From an uncultured delta proteobacterium (GTDB lineage Bacteria > Desulfobacterota > Binatia > UBA9968), in contig CAWDPO010000008.1 in the NCBI GenBank assembly GCA_963804165.1, positions 32,001 to 96,000 on the forward strand: a DNA stretch of 64,000 nt, read 5' to 3'. Numbering within the stretch: position 1 is the first letter of the stretch; each line of letters starts with the position of its first letter. The position numbers and the translations under genes are program-made. The notes below the pieces were generated by a model, which worked only from the letters and a program-made list of their open reading frames with translations, was not told the origin of the DNA and searched no databases. Of this stretch, positions 51,248-64,000 are shown piece after piece.

Positions 51248-52321
51248 TCAGCCGCGCTCGGCGCGCGACGACTCGATGACCGCTATTTCTTGCAACAACG
51301 CTTGAACCTCAGTCGCCGTCCCCACCGTGATGCGCAAGCAGTCTTGTAAACCGGCGACGTCAAAGTAGCGCACTAAAATCTTTCTTCGCTTGAGCTCTTC
51401 GTAGACACCCTTTTGATTCCGCCCGCTTTTTCGCGCCAGTACAAAGTTCGCATGGGACGGATACACGTCGTAGCCCGCGCGTTTGAGCCGGGTCGTCAAC
51501 TTTTTGCGGGTGCGCTGAATACGCCGCGCGTTGCGCGCCATCCACGGCAGATCCTGTAGCGCCGCCGTCGCCGCGATCAGACTCAGCCGGTTCACATTAT
51601 ACGAATCTTTGACCTTCATCATCCCAGATATAATCTGCTCGGATGCGAAAGCGAGCCCGATGCGCATTCCCGCGAGTGAGAATGACTTCGAAAATGTCCG
51701 TAGGACCACCAGATTGGGCAGTCGTTGGATCAACGGAATCGACGATGAGCCTTCGCTCGCGGCAAAATCGACGTAGGCTTCGTCGACAACCAAGATACCC
51801 GGCAGCGACCGCGCGAGTTTTTCGATTTCCGGCAAGGGTACGAGCGTTCCGGAAGGGGCGTTAGGATTGCACAGAAAAGTGAGCGCGGCGCCCTGCTCAG
51901 CCAGCGCGGGGGGCAAGGAATAGTCCGCAGGAAAGTCCACCGGCGCAGGGACTCCGTCTTGAATAGCCACCAAGGTATCATAGAGCGAATAAGTCGGAAC
52001 CGGAAACGCGACACGGTCGTGCGGACCGACAAAGCAGCGCAGCAGCATCGACAAGAGCTCATCCGAGCCGTTACCTACAATGATGTTGGCCGCTTTCACT
52101 CCATAAATGCTTCCCGCTCTGGTCCGCAGCGTGTCACTTCGCGATTCCGGGTAAAGGCGCAGCGACGCATCAATCGCTTTCCTCAGCGCCGCGCGAACTT
52201 TCGGCGACGGCGGGTAAGGATTCTCATTCGTGTTGAGTTTTATGATACCGCTATCTTGCGGCTGCTCGCCCGGGACGTAACCGCCCAATGCGATAATATT
52301 AGGTCGGAAATAGTGTCGCAT
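51248..52321 (-). CDS. hisC: Histidinol-phosphate aminotransferase
   Basis: KLNTNENPY, GNGSDE, DEAYVDF and TFSKSFSLAGMRIG motifs. Confidence 0.93.
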   Translation of the reverse strand: MRHYFRPNIIALGGYVPGEQPQDSGIIKLNTNENPYPPSPKVRAALRKAIDASLRLYPESRSDTLRTRAGSIYGVKAANIIVGNGSDELLSMLLRCFVGPHDRVAFPVPTYSLYDTLVAIQDGVPAPVDFPADYSLPPALAEQGAALTFLCNPNAPSGTLVPLPEIEKLARSLPGILVVDEAYVDFAASEGSSSIPLIQRLPNLVVLRTFSKSFSLAGMRIGLAFASEQIISGMMKVKDSYNVNRLSLIAATAALQDLPWMARNARRIQRTRKKLTTRLKRAGYDVYPSHANFVLARKSGRNQKGVYEELKRRKILVRYFDVAGLQDCLRITVGTATEVQALLQEIAVIESSRAERG

Positions 52322-52556
52322 GCGGCGAAATTCTATCGGCAGCGCCCGTCCTTTTCAAACCGTCATTTGACTAGCCTCTGTCGCGCTCGCATCGGATAAC
52401 GGGGCGAATTGCTAATTCGAATCTTGCCAAGTGACTCGCTCGAACACCCATGGTGCTCTAGCACACATCGCGACATTTTTGTCCAAGGATTCCCGACGTT
52501 GGCCAAAATTCCCCGTTTTGCCAAACCTATTACCAAAAACGTTGTTCTTCTTTCTA

Positions 52557-52610
52557 CTAAGTAGTTGAAATTGCGAAATTCCTAATTTCAGGCCTGGCAT
52601 GTTTTTGGCT
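52557..52610 (+). promoter_or_regulatory. Putative sigma54 promoter with an upstream IHF-like site
   Basis: CTGGCATGTTTTTGGCT at 52594-52610 (GG-N10-GC); TAAGTAGTTGAAA (reverse complement TTTCAA-N4-TTA) at 52558-52570. Confidence 0.55.
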
Positions 52611-52687
52611 ACAGCGACAGCGTTGGTAAAACATTTCCTAAGACTTGGCAAGCAAAGCGGAAAAATTGTAAACAAAATACGATTCCT

Positions 52688-55600
52688 ATGGATGCGCCCA
52701 AAATTCCCATAAACGACCCGTCTATCCTCTTACTCAATGAAATCGAGATCCTGCTCGCGCAATCGCGCCTGCTCGAGCTCTACCTAAAACAAACGCAAGC
52801 GTCGGCTGCCTACGAGACGGCTCGCGCCTATCATCGCCATCAGAGTGAGCTGGCCGAGCTCCGTGCTGCCCTTTCCGAGAAAGAGAAAATTGTCGTAGCG
52901 AAGGAAAACACGGTCGGCGCAAGAGAACGGGATCTTCAAGAAAGAGTCCAGAATCTGGAAACCGACTTGAGCGAAGCTCAACGTCGGCTCCAATACCGCG
53001 ACGTCGAATTCCAACGCGTCGAGTCTGAAGCGGCAGACCTGCGCGGGCTCATCGACCAACTGGAACTCTCGAAGGCACAAGCGCAAACCACCGCGCGAGA
53101 ATCCGCGATGGCTCGCCAAGAACTCACGGCAGAACTGGCGGTCCTGCGTGAGCGTCTCGAAGAAATCCAGGCAAACTTCCAAAATCAACAGCTGGCGTCT
53201 CGGCAACTTCAAGAGGATCTACAAACCCAGATCGCGCAACTCCAGGATCAACTTCGTGAAAAAGTGACTTGGTCGCGCACCGCCGACGGCGAGCTACAAC
53301 AAGCCAAGCGGGAGATCGCCGAACTGCACGAGCGGGTCGCGGAACTTCAAACGAGCCGCCAAGAAGCCCAATCGAGCGCGGCGCGCGAGCTGGCAGACTC
53401 GCGCGCACACTTTGAAATGCAGCTCAACGGCCTCCAGACCGCGCTTGCTGAGCGCGAGCATGTCCTCGAAGAAACCCACCATGCGATGATCGAACTCGAG
53501 CACGGCCTCAGAACCGAGATCGTCATGCTGCATAGCCAACTCGAGCAGAAGCAAGAACTGATCGGTTTTCGGGACGAGGAACTGCGCGGCAATCAATCGC
53601 AATTCGCTGCGCTCCAGCAACGGGTCGCAGAGCTCGAAGCGGCCGAACAAGCAGCGCGGGTCAGTGCCGAGCAAATCGAAGACACACGCCGCTCCTATGA
53701 GGACCGGGTCGTTGCCCTGCAGCATGAAGTCACAGCCCGAGAGCGAGCGCTGACGGAACGTCAGGAAGCCGTGAGCGCGGTGGAGCTGGCGTTGCACGGC
53801 AAAATCCAGTCTCTCCAGCAGGAGCTGGCCCTCAGCCACAGCTTGAACGAAGAGCGCGAAAACGCGCTGCGAAGTTCCCGCACCGAGAATGAAGCCTTGC
53901 GCGAACGGATCGCCGAACAAGAATCTGCCGCTTCCGCGGATCTGCTGGCGCGCCAGCGCGTTGAAGAGCACATGTCGCGGTTTGGAAACCGAAATATCCG
54001 GCTTGCACGCAACATTGGCGCAGAAGGAATACGCGCTTGACCACCAGGGAAAAGCCATCACCTCCCTCGAACAGCGGTTGACCACGGACATTGAACAGCT
54101 TCATCGCCAACTCGAACAGCAGCAAAATTTGTCGGACGCCGGCGCCGCAGAGGTCACGCGCTTGCGCTCGGAGATCGCTGCGGTCGAGGAACAAAAGACC
54201 CGGCTGGCGGATTCCCGCGACGAGCTCGAACGGAGCCGACAGCAAGAGGCGGTGACACGTCAGGAACTAGAAGCGCGCCTCCAGGTCAAGGATGACGAGC
54301 TGCGGGCAGTTCAGGCAAACGCCCAAGAACTTATGCAAGCCGCGCTGAGGGACCAAGAAGCTCACTTTAAATCACTCGCACAGCAAACGAGCGGCGATAT
54401 CGTCGGACTGCAAAATCAGTTGCAAGAGCAAGGGCTCGCGGCGCAACAACACCAAACTGAGCTCGTGCAATTACATGCCGAGATCGCCGGCTTGCGGCAA
54501 CAGATTGCGCAAACCGAACATTCCCGCGATACCCTCGAACAGGCCTTGCAACAGGCCGCCGCCCAGCGCGAGGAGTTAGCCGGGCGCTTACAAACTAGAG
54601 AGAATGAATTTAGCGCTACCCAGGTGCACGCGAGTGAACACTTGGCGGCTCTTGAGGAGCAGCAAACCCGCTTTAATTCCATCGAAGAAGAGCGATGCAA
54701 AGAAATCAGCGAGCTGCGTGGCCAATTGGACCAGCAAAGGCTTCACGCCGATTCACTGCACGAAGAACTTGCCCAACTGCGCTCGGAGAACGCTGGGATC
54801 CAGGAACAAAGGGTTCAAGCCGAGCAATTCCGCCAAGAGCTCGAACAAAACCGGCAGGAAACCTCAGCGCTGCGCGCGGAACTCGAAACGCGGCTACTGG
54901 CAAAAGACGCCGAACTTCAGGCGGCCCAATCCGACGCAACTGCACTAAAGAACCATTTCGATACCAAGCTCAACGAACTGCAGCTCCACCTCGCTGAAAA
55001 ACAGCTGCTCGTGGAGGGCAGAGCTGCGGAGTCCGAGAACCTCAAAGGCCAGCTGGATCGCTTATCGGAACAATTGACGCAGCGAGATTCCGCAAGCGCC
55101 GAATTCCAAGCGCAGTTTCAAAAAGAAACCGAATTGGCGCGCGCCGAGCATCAGACGGCAATCGCCGTGTTGCGCAATGAATTTCAGATCAAACAGAGCA
55201 ACCAGGACAATGAGCTCGCTCAGGAAAGGCAGCGAGTCGCCGAACTTACTCTTCAGATTGGTGAATTCGAGCAGCAGAAGGCCGCTACTGAAACGCAGCT
55301 CCAAGAGCGCCAGCGAGAGCACGAAGCCGCCGTGGTCGAAGCCGCGGCATTGCGATCGCGCTTGGATGAGCTGGAAACACGTCACCAGATGGAACTCTCC
55401 GCCGCAGAGCGGGAGCAAAATCAAGCTCGAAACCAGCTCGAAACAGAACTGTCCGCCGCGCGCGCCGAACTGCAACAGAACGCGAGGGTGGCGACTCAAC
55501 ATCAAGCGGCAATTGCCGAATTGCGGAATGAATATCAGATCAAACAGAGCAACCAGGACAATGAGCTCGCCCAGGAGAGGCAGCGAGTCGCCGAACTTAC

Positions 55601-56699
55601 TCTTCAGATTAGTGAATTCGAGCAGCAGAAGGCCGCTATTGAAACGCAGCTCCAAGAGCGTCAGCGGGAGCATGAAGCCGCCGTGGTCGAAGCCGCGGCA
55701 TTCCGATCGCGCTTGGATGAGCTGGAAACGCGGCGCGAGACAGAACTCTCCGCCGCAGAGCGGGAGCAAAATCAAGCTCGAAGCCAGCTCGAAACAGAAC
55801 TGTCTGCCGCGCGAGCCGAACTACAACAGAAGGCATGGTCGTCGGCCCAGCATCAGGCGGCCTTGGAAAACCTTGCTCTCGCCCACAAGGACCAAATCCA
55901 AAAACTCGAAGGTAGACTTACCGACCAGCAGAACAGCATCAAAGATCGCAATCTCGAGGTGGAGCGATCTCAGTCGCAAGCGCGATTACTGGAGCAACGT
56001 ATCGAAGGGCTCAGTACAGAGCTGCGACAAGCCGAACTAACCGCGATCAACCGAGCCGTGCAAATCAAGGAAGAATATGGAGTCCGCATCGCGGACTTGG
56101 AAAAGCAAGTCGCGCAAAAGACCATCGAGGTGCAGAAGCGCGGCCTGTCAAGGACGGAAGTGGAGCAAACACTTCGACTCGAGATCGACCGGCTGACTCG
56201 CGAAGGTCAAGAAAGACACCAAATTTTGCAGGACCGTAATGAAGAGCTCGTCCGAGTCAAAGTCGAGATGGATACGTTTCAGGAGCAATGCCGCAATTTA
56301 GAATCGGCGGCAAGCCAGAACGAAGCGTCTCTTGGCACCGAAATGGAGAAAATGCGCACGGAATTTCAAGCGCAGCTCGCGCTATTGCAAGCGGAACTAA
56401 GTCAAAGAGACTGGGCTCTAGAGGAGCAGCGCGCGGCGAAGAGCACCATAGAGCTGCAATTCCGTCAGGATCTCGAAACTTTAAACCAACAGTTGGCGGA
56501 AACCGAAGTGCGCGCCAAAGAAAATCAGGATAAGTTTGTGATGGGTGACGATAAGTTAACCCCCGAGCAACAGGACCGTTATCAAAAATACAGAAACGTA
56601 ATGGACGCTGTCGCTGTTGGAAGCGACGGATCATTTCCGGCGTCGGAAAATCGCCGTTGGCGCGGTCGTTTCGGTTGGAAGAGGCGTTGGAAATCATAG
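52688..56699 (+). CDS. Giant coiled-coil protein (~1,340 aa if the frameshift near 53970 is corrected)
   Basis: ORFs 52688-54040 and 53889-56699 join at ...ARQRVEE/STCRGLETE...; E/Q/L/R/A heptad-like pattern throughout; no Walker motif or TM; ends NRRWRGRFGWKRRWKS. Confidence 0.8.
55149..55850 (+). repeat. Tandem 351-bp (117-aa) duplication inside the coiled-coil gene
   Basis: Units start at 55149 and 55500 (catca(g/a) recurs at 55851); long near-identical stretch cagatcaaacagagcaaccaggacaatgagctcgc... Confidence 0.9.
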
Positions 56700-56812
56700 C
56701 GCACCAACCGGCATCATCGCGCGTGATTCTTTGAACGAACTCAATTTAAGAAACCAAGAGGACGTTGAGTAACCATTTGGCGAAATTATAGCTCAGCGGT
56801 CGAAGGACGGTC

Positions 56813-57539
56813 ATGTTACAAACAGAACGTGTATCCACTGGAATCGTCGGGCTCGACCCGCTGCTTGAGGGAGGTTTTCCCCAGGGCCGGTCGGTCCTCA
56901 TTACCGGGGAGCCCGGACACGGGAAAATCAATTTTCGCCCTGCAATTTCTTGGTGAAGGGCTCAATCGCAATGAGAAGGGTATTTTCGTGACCGCGGACG
57001 AAAGCCCGATGGACATACTCGAGCAAGCAGCTTCAATTGGCTGGGACTTTGAGCGGCATATCGAGACCAAAGATCTGTCGATTTTGAACGCCGGCACGTA
57101 TCTCAGCTCGCTGCCGGGTGCGGGCAAAGAACGTCATATCGACGTGCAAAAAGCGGTCAGCGACCTGGCGAGCTTCGTCAAACAACTCGGGGCCAAGAGA
57201 CTAGTGCTCGACCCCGCGGGGCCGTTTGTCCTATTGCGCGATAGCGCGGCACGCATCCAAGACCAGGTCCGCTTGTTAATAAAGTTGATGCGATCTTCGA
57301 TGCCGACAACCAACGTCCTTACCTCCTATGCCGTTCCGAGGACCGGCGAACGATCCATGCATGGCATGGAGGAGTATCTCGTAGCCGGTGCGATCGTCTT
57401 AGAGATGGTCTGGAAAAACGGCGAGCTCGCTCGCAGCCTGATCGTCGAGAAGATGCGTTGCACGGACGTGAAGCCGACTCAACTCGAATTCGATATCGTA
57501 AAGGGGCAAGGCATCGTGCTTCATCCCCCGCTTCGCTAA
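56813..57539 (+). CDS. Single-domain KaiC/RAD55-like RecA-superfamily ATPase 1 (frameshift at the Walker A G-run)
   Basis: [44 protein letters not shown] and VEKMR motifs. Confidence 0.85.
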
Positions 57540-57556
57540 AATTTAAAGTTTAGGGA

Positions 57557-58349
57557 ATGGATCTCCAGCGCATTTCAACCGGCATCGCGGGCCTCGACGC
57601 TTTGCTTCACGGTGGCTATCTAAGAGGGCGCACCTACCTGGTGACCGGCGACACCGGCACGGGAAAAACCATCGCTTGTTTGCAGTTCCTGCTGAACGGC
57701 CTCTAAGCGCGGGGAAAAGGCGGTCTACGTCACCGTCGACGAACGCCCGGGTGAGATTTTAGACTCGGCGGCGTCATTTTCCTGGGATCTCCAGCCGTAC
57801 ATTCAAGAAAAGAGCTTGGTCATCCTGGATGCCTCGCCCTATTTTGGCGCCCGGAGCGCGAGTGCGACGGAAAAAGGTATCGATCCGCAAAAAGTCGTCG
57901 CCGATCTTGGCAACTATGCAAGAAGGCTCAGCGCAACGCTTCTCATCATTGATCCGATAACGCCGCTCATCCTGCCGAACGACGCAACCAGCCCAAGCCA
58001 GGACCAAGCCCGCTCCCTTGTACAATTGATACAAACTCAACTAAATACGACCAATCTGTTTACCGCCCACCTGCCAAAAGTGACGGCCCAGAGCAGCGCG
58101 AACGGCATCGAGCAATATCTCACCTCCGGCGTGTTGGTTCTCAAAACCGATGAGATCGACGGCAAATTTAAGCGCACCGTGACCATCAAGAAAATGCGCG
58201 GCACACCCGTTGAACCTGGTAACTTTCCTTTTGCGATTCTCGCAAATGACGGAATTGTCCTGACGAGTTGTCGCGCCGGAGAAGTCTCGCGGATGGATGG
58301 CCCGGCGCCGATGTTTGAATTTTTTCACCTTTCCAAAAGACAATCCTGA
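57557..58349 (+). CDS. Single-domain KaiC/RAD55-like ATPase 2 (frameshift near 57703)
   Basis: MDLQRISTGIAGLDALLHGG, TGDTGTGKT, VTVDERP, LIID and IKKMRGT motifs. Confidence 0.85.
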
Positions 58350-58457
58350 CCCCGAAATTCTGAATTTGCGTTCGGCGGTCGACGCTCGACGGGATACCGA
58401 AGGCGCTCGGGCGTCGCCATGAATTATTTCGCTTTTCTCGCTGCGTTTCGGGCTTTC

Positions 58458-58486
58458 TTGACAGCCGGCGAAACGATGCTTAGATT
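58458..58486 (+). promoter_or_regulatory. Putative sigma70 promoter of clpB
   Basis: TTGACA-N17-TAGATT just upstream of the GAGG RBS. Confidence 0.5.
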
Positions 58487-58509
58487 TTTCCACAAATGAG
58501 GACTCCAAA

Positions 58510-61137
<2,628 letters not shown>

Positions 61138-61464
61138 GTCCGTCGTCGAAAAAAGTTCCGCCGGGGTTGGCGCGGGTGCGAAAAGAGATTCCTCGGCCAA
61201 GTCAGATTTTTAAGAAGCAAGAAGACCGATCAGCGCAGGCTGGCAAAAGAAGCAATTCGCCGGGAGCTAACAGAAACTCTCCCGCCAAAATCCTCTTAAC
61301 CGCAATCCACGGTTCTTTTTACCGGCGGGCGCGTGTCGCAATTTCGCGTCCGCCTTGGTTTTAAGCGCTGACAGCGAGCCGATGATTGTTCGTGCCTTTT
61401 TTGCCGTGCCACGGAGCCAAGATTCCCGCGAGTTTTCTCGTTTCGATCTCATGCGGCCAATTTG

Positions 61465-62908
61465 ATGAATCGCGCAGCGGACAGCACCGGTGTGGCGGTC
61501 CAGCAAAGACGGCTCACGTTGATTTTATTCAACGTTTGCGTCGGCCAGTTTATCGTCGGCCTCGACCAGCGCGCCTTGCTGGTCGCGCTGCCGACCCTGA
61601 CCGAAACATTTCAATACCAGCCTGACGACCATCCAATGGGTTTTATTGATCTATGATTGCTTTTGATCGGCACCGTGATCACCGTCGGCCGTTTGGGCGA
61701 TCTTTTCGGCCGGCGGCGGTTTTACGCCGTGGTTTTCTGGTTTTCGTTTTGAGCTCAGCGCTTTGCGGTTTCGCTCAAACCGCGGGACAAATCATTTTGT
61801 TCCGCGGCTTGCAAGCGCTCGGCGGCGCCATGATTTCAGCCAACGGTAGGGCGATCGCTCCGTCGCGTTTCCGTCCAGCGAGCGCGGCAAGGCCATGGGC
61901 TTCGCCTCTATGGCCTTCCATGTCGGGTTCTTGACTGGTCCAACCCTCGGCGGATTTTTGATCGACACGATCGGTTGGCGTTGGATTTTTTTCATCAATC
62001 TGCCGATCGGCATTTGGGGCGCGTTCCTAGCGCTGAAACTCTTGAAGAAAGCAAAGAAGAGGTCAAAGGAATTTCGGTCGATTTTCCCGGCGCGATCCTG
62101 CTCATGCTGACCTGCAGTCTTTTCATCTACGCCATGAATCAGCTGCCGCATGTCGGCTGGCAGGATCCGTTAGTGACCCGAACGATGTGGACTGTCTGTC
62201 GTGGCTCTGGCGCTTTTCGTATTCGCCGAGCTGAGATCGCCCATGCCGATCTTAAGCTTTTCGCTCTTTCGCAATCGGCTTTTCACCGCCTCCATGCTCA
62301 GCTTGTTTTTCATCACCTCGACGCAATCGGCCATCAGTTTTCTGATGCCGTTTTATTTGCAGAACATACTCCATTTTTCCCCGACACATATGGGCTGGAT
62401 CATCATCGCCAATTCTGCGGTCATCGTCATGGTCGCGCCCATAGCCGGATGGCTGTCGGATCGCATGGGTTCGCGTCTGCTGTGCACCGTTGGCTCCGGG
62501 TTGATCGTCGATCGGACAGTTCTTCATCGCATCGTTGGGAATTGATTCGTCGATTCCGCGGATCATTTTGCCGTTATTCTTGATCGGCTTTGGCTGGGCA
62601 TATTCAATTCACCGAACCAGAGCGCAATCATGGGTTCGGTACCTCGCGACAAACTCGGTACGGCATCGGGCATGAACACCGACCACTGCCCGGACCGGCG
62701 GCGCGATGGGCGTCGCCCTTTCCGCGACTTGTTCACCTACGGACTCGCCGCCGCGGCATGACCGCGAGCGCAAATCGAATCGCCGCAAACTTGGGGCACC
62801 GCGCCGGAAGTATTCGTCCATTCATTTAATCACACGGTGCATATCGTTAACATCTTCACGATTCTCTCGGTCCTGTTTTCGGTGGTGCGCGGTCCACGCC
62901 ACGAGTAG
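61465..62908 (+). CDS. DHA2/EmrB-like MFS transporter, multiple frameshifts
   Basis: VGLDQRALLVALPT, GRLGDLFGRRR, FRGLQALGG, GWRWIFFINLPIG and FRNRLF across frames. Confidence 0.8.
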
Positions 62909-62932
62909 CCCAACAATTTGTGAACGAGTTCC

Positions 62933-64000
62933 ATGACGACGGCGGAACAAACCATTTCACGACGGACATCGCGGCTTATCCTGTTAAGCGTCTGCATCGG
63001 CCAGACCATCGTCGGTCTCGATCAGCGCGCCCTCACGGTGGCTCTGCCCACTCTGACGAGCGCGTTCCACACGCCTTCACGACGATCCAATGGACGATCT
63101 TCGTCTATGATCTAGTGCTGATCGGCCTGATCATCACGATGGGACGATTGGGCGATTTGTTCGGGCGACGCCGTTTCTACAGCATGGGGTTTTTGATTTT
63201 CGTGGCCGCGTCCGCCATTTGCGGCCTGTCGCAAAGCGCCGGCCAGCTGATTTTTTTCCGCGCGCTGCAGGCGCTCGGCGGTTCCATGATCGCCGCCAAC
63301 GGCCGTGCGATTGTCTCGGTTAATTTGCCGCCGGAGGACCGCGGGCGCGCTCTCGGCCTGACTTCCACGGCGTTCCACATCGGTTTTCTCACCGGCCCGT
63401 CCTGGGTGGTTTTCTGATCGATACCATCGGCTGGCGCTGGATTTTCTACATCAACATGCCGTTCAGCCTGTGGGCGCTTATCTCGCGTGGAAGGTCGTTC
63501 CCGAGACACGCGATGGCGGAAAATCGGCGATCGATATTCCTGGCGCTCTGCTGCTACTCGTGACCAATGGCCTGTTTATTTACGCCATCGATCAACTGCC
63601 GCGGATCGGCTGGCGCCACCCGATGTTTCTACTGACTCTGGTGCTTTCGGTGATCTCGTTATTTTTCCTGTTGCGCATCGAAGCCAGGGCGAAGACACCG
63701 ATTTTGATTTTGTCGATGTTTCGCTCTCAACTTTTTAGCGCGGGCATTATGAGTCTGTTTCTAATCTCCGGCACCTTATCGGCAATCAATTTTCTCCTGC
63801 CGTTCTTCCTGCAGAACTTGCTTGGCTATTCGCCATCGCAGGTCGGCTGGATCATCGTCGCCGACTCAGCGATCATCATGATCATGGCGCCGATCGCCGG
63901 GGCCTTGTCTGATCGTCTTCGGCTCGCGATTGCTCTGCACAGTCGGCTGCGCCGTCGTCGCCGTCGCGCAATTCTTCCTGGCCACCCTGGACCTGCACTC
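62933..64000 (+). CDS. Second DHA2/EmrB-like MFS paralog, frameshifted, runs off the window
   Basis: VGLDQRALTVALPT, GRLGDLFGRRR, FRALQALGG and GWRWIFYIN motifs. Confidence 0.8.

Noticed and set aside
52688-56699. SMC/chromosome segregation protein
   Set aside because: No Walker A/B, signature motif or hinge; the similarity would be compositional only
56813-58349. Circadian clock KaiC
   Set aside because: Two separate single-domain genes with a stop and restart, no ST phosphosites, and no kaiA/kaiB in the window

Overview
Bacterial chromosomal window. The gene content (many amidohydrolase_2 enzymes, orphan solute-binding proteins, F420 genes) resembles Binatota/deltaproteobacteria-like environmental genomes; this taxonomy is an inference. 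Frequent single-base frameshifts, several in homopolymers, look like long-read errors. (1) 1-20.9 kb is a mosaic, partly AT-richer accessory region that ends in the 3' half of tRNA-Leu(CAA), a likely att site. It holds glycan genes, an aromatic/N-compound catabolic cluster (Rieske oxygenase, dihydroxyphthalate-decarboxylase-like protein, bicupin, three RidA genes, amidohydrolase, LysR, SBPs), gene remnants, a Vsr fragment, a HEPN-like gene and a CX5R phosphatase. (2) A two-module NRPS (C-A-T-C-A-T-TE) is divergent from a fatty-acid hydroxylase, with back-to-back sigma54-type promoters. (3) An ECF sigma/anti-sigma/periplasmic protein module follows. (4) An F420 operon (cofG-cofD-cofC-cofE-npdG, no cofH) has an IS1202-family element with a 16-bp target duplication in its upstream region. 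(5) Next come amidohydrolases, an SBP, a GluR0-like channel, recD2, a CBS/hemolysin gene and hisC. (6) The best candidate for an undescribed system is a sigma54/IHF-type promoter upstream of a ~1,340-aa coiled-coil protein with a Trp/Arg-rich tail and two single-domain KaiC/RAD55-like ATPases. (7) The window ends with clpB and two EmrB-like MFS genes.
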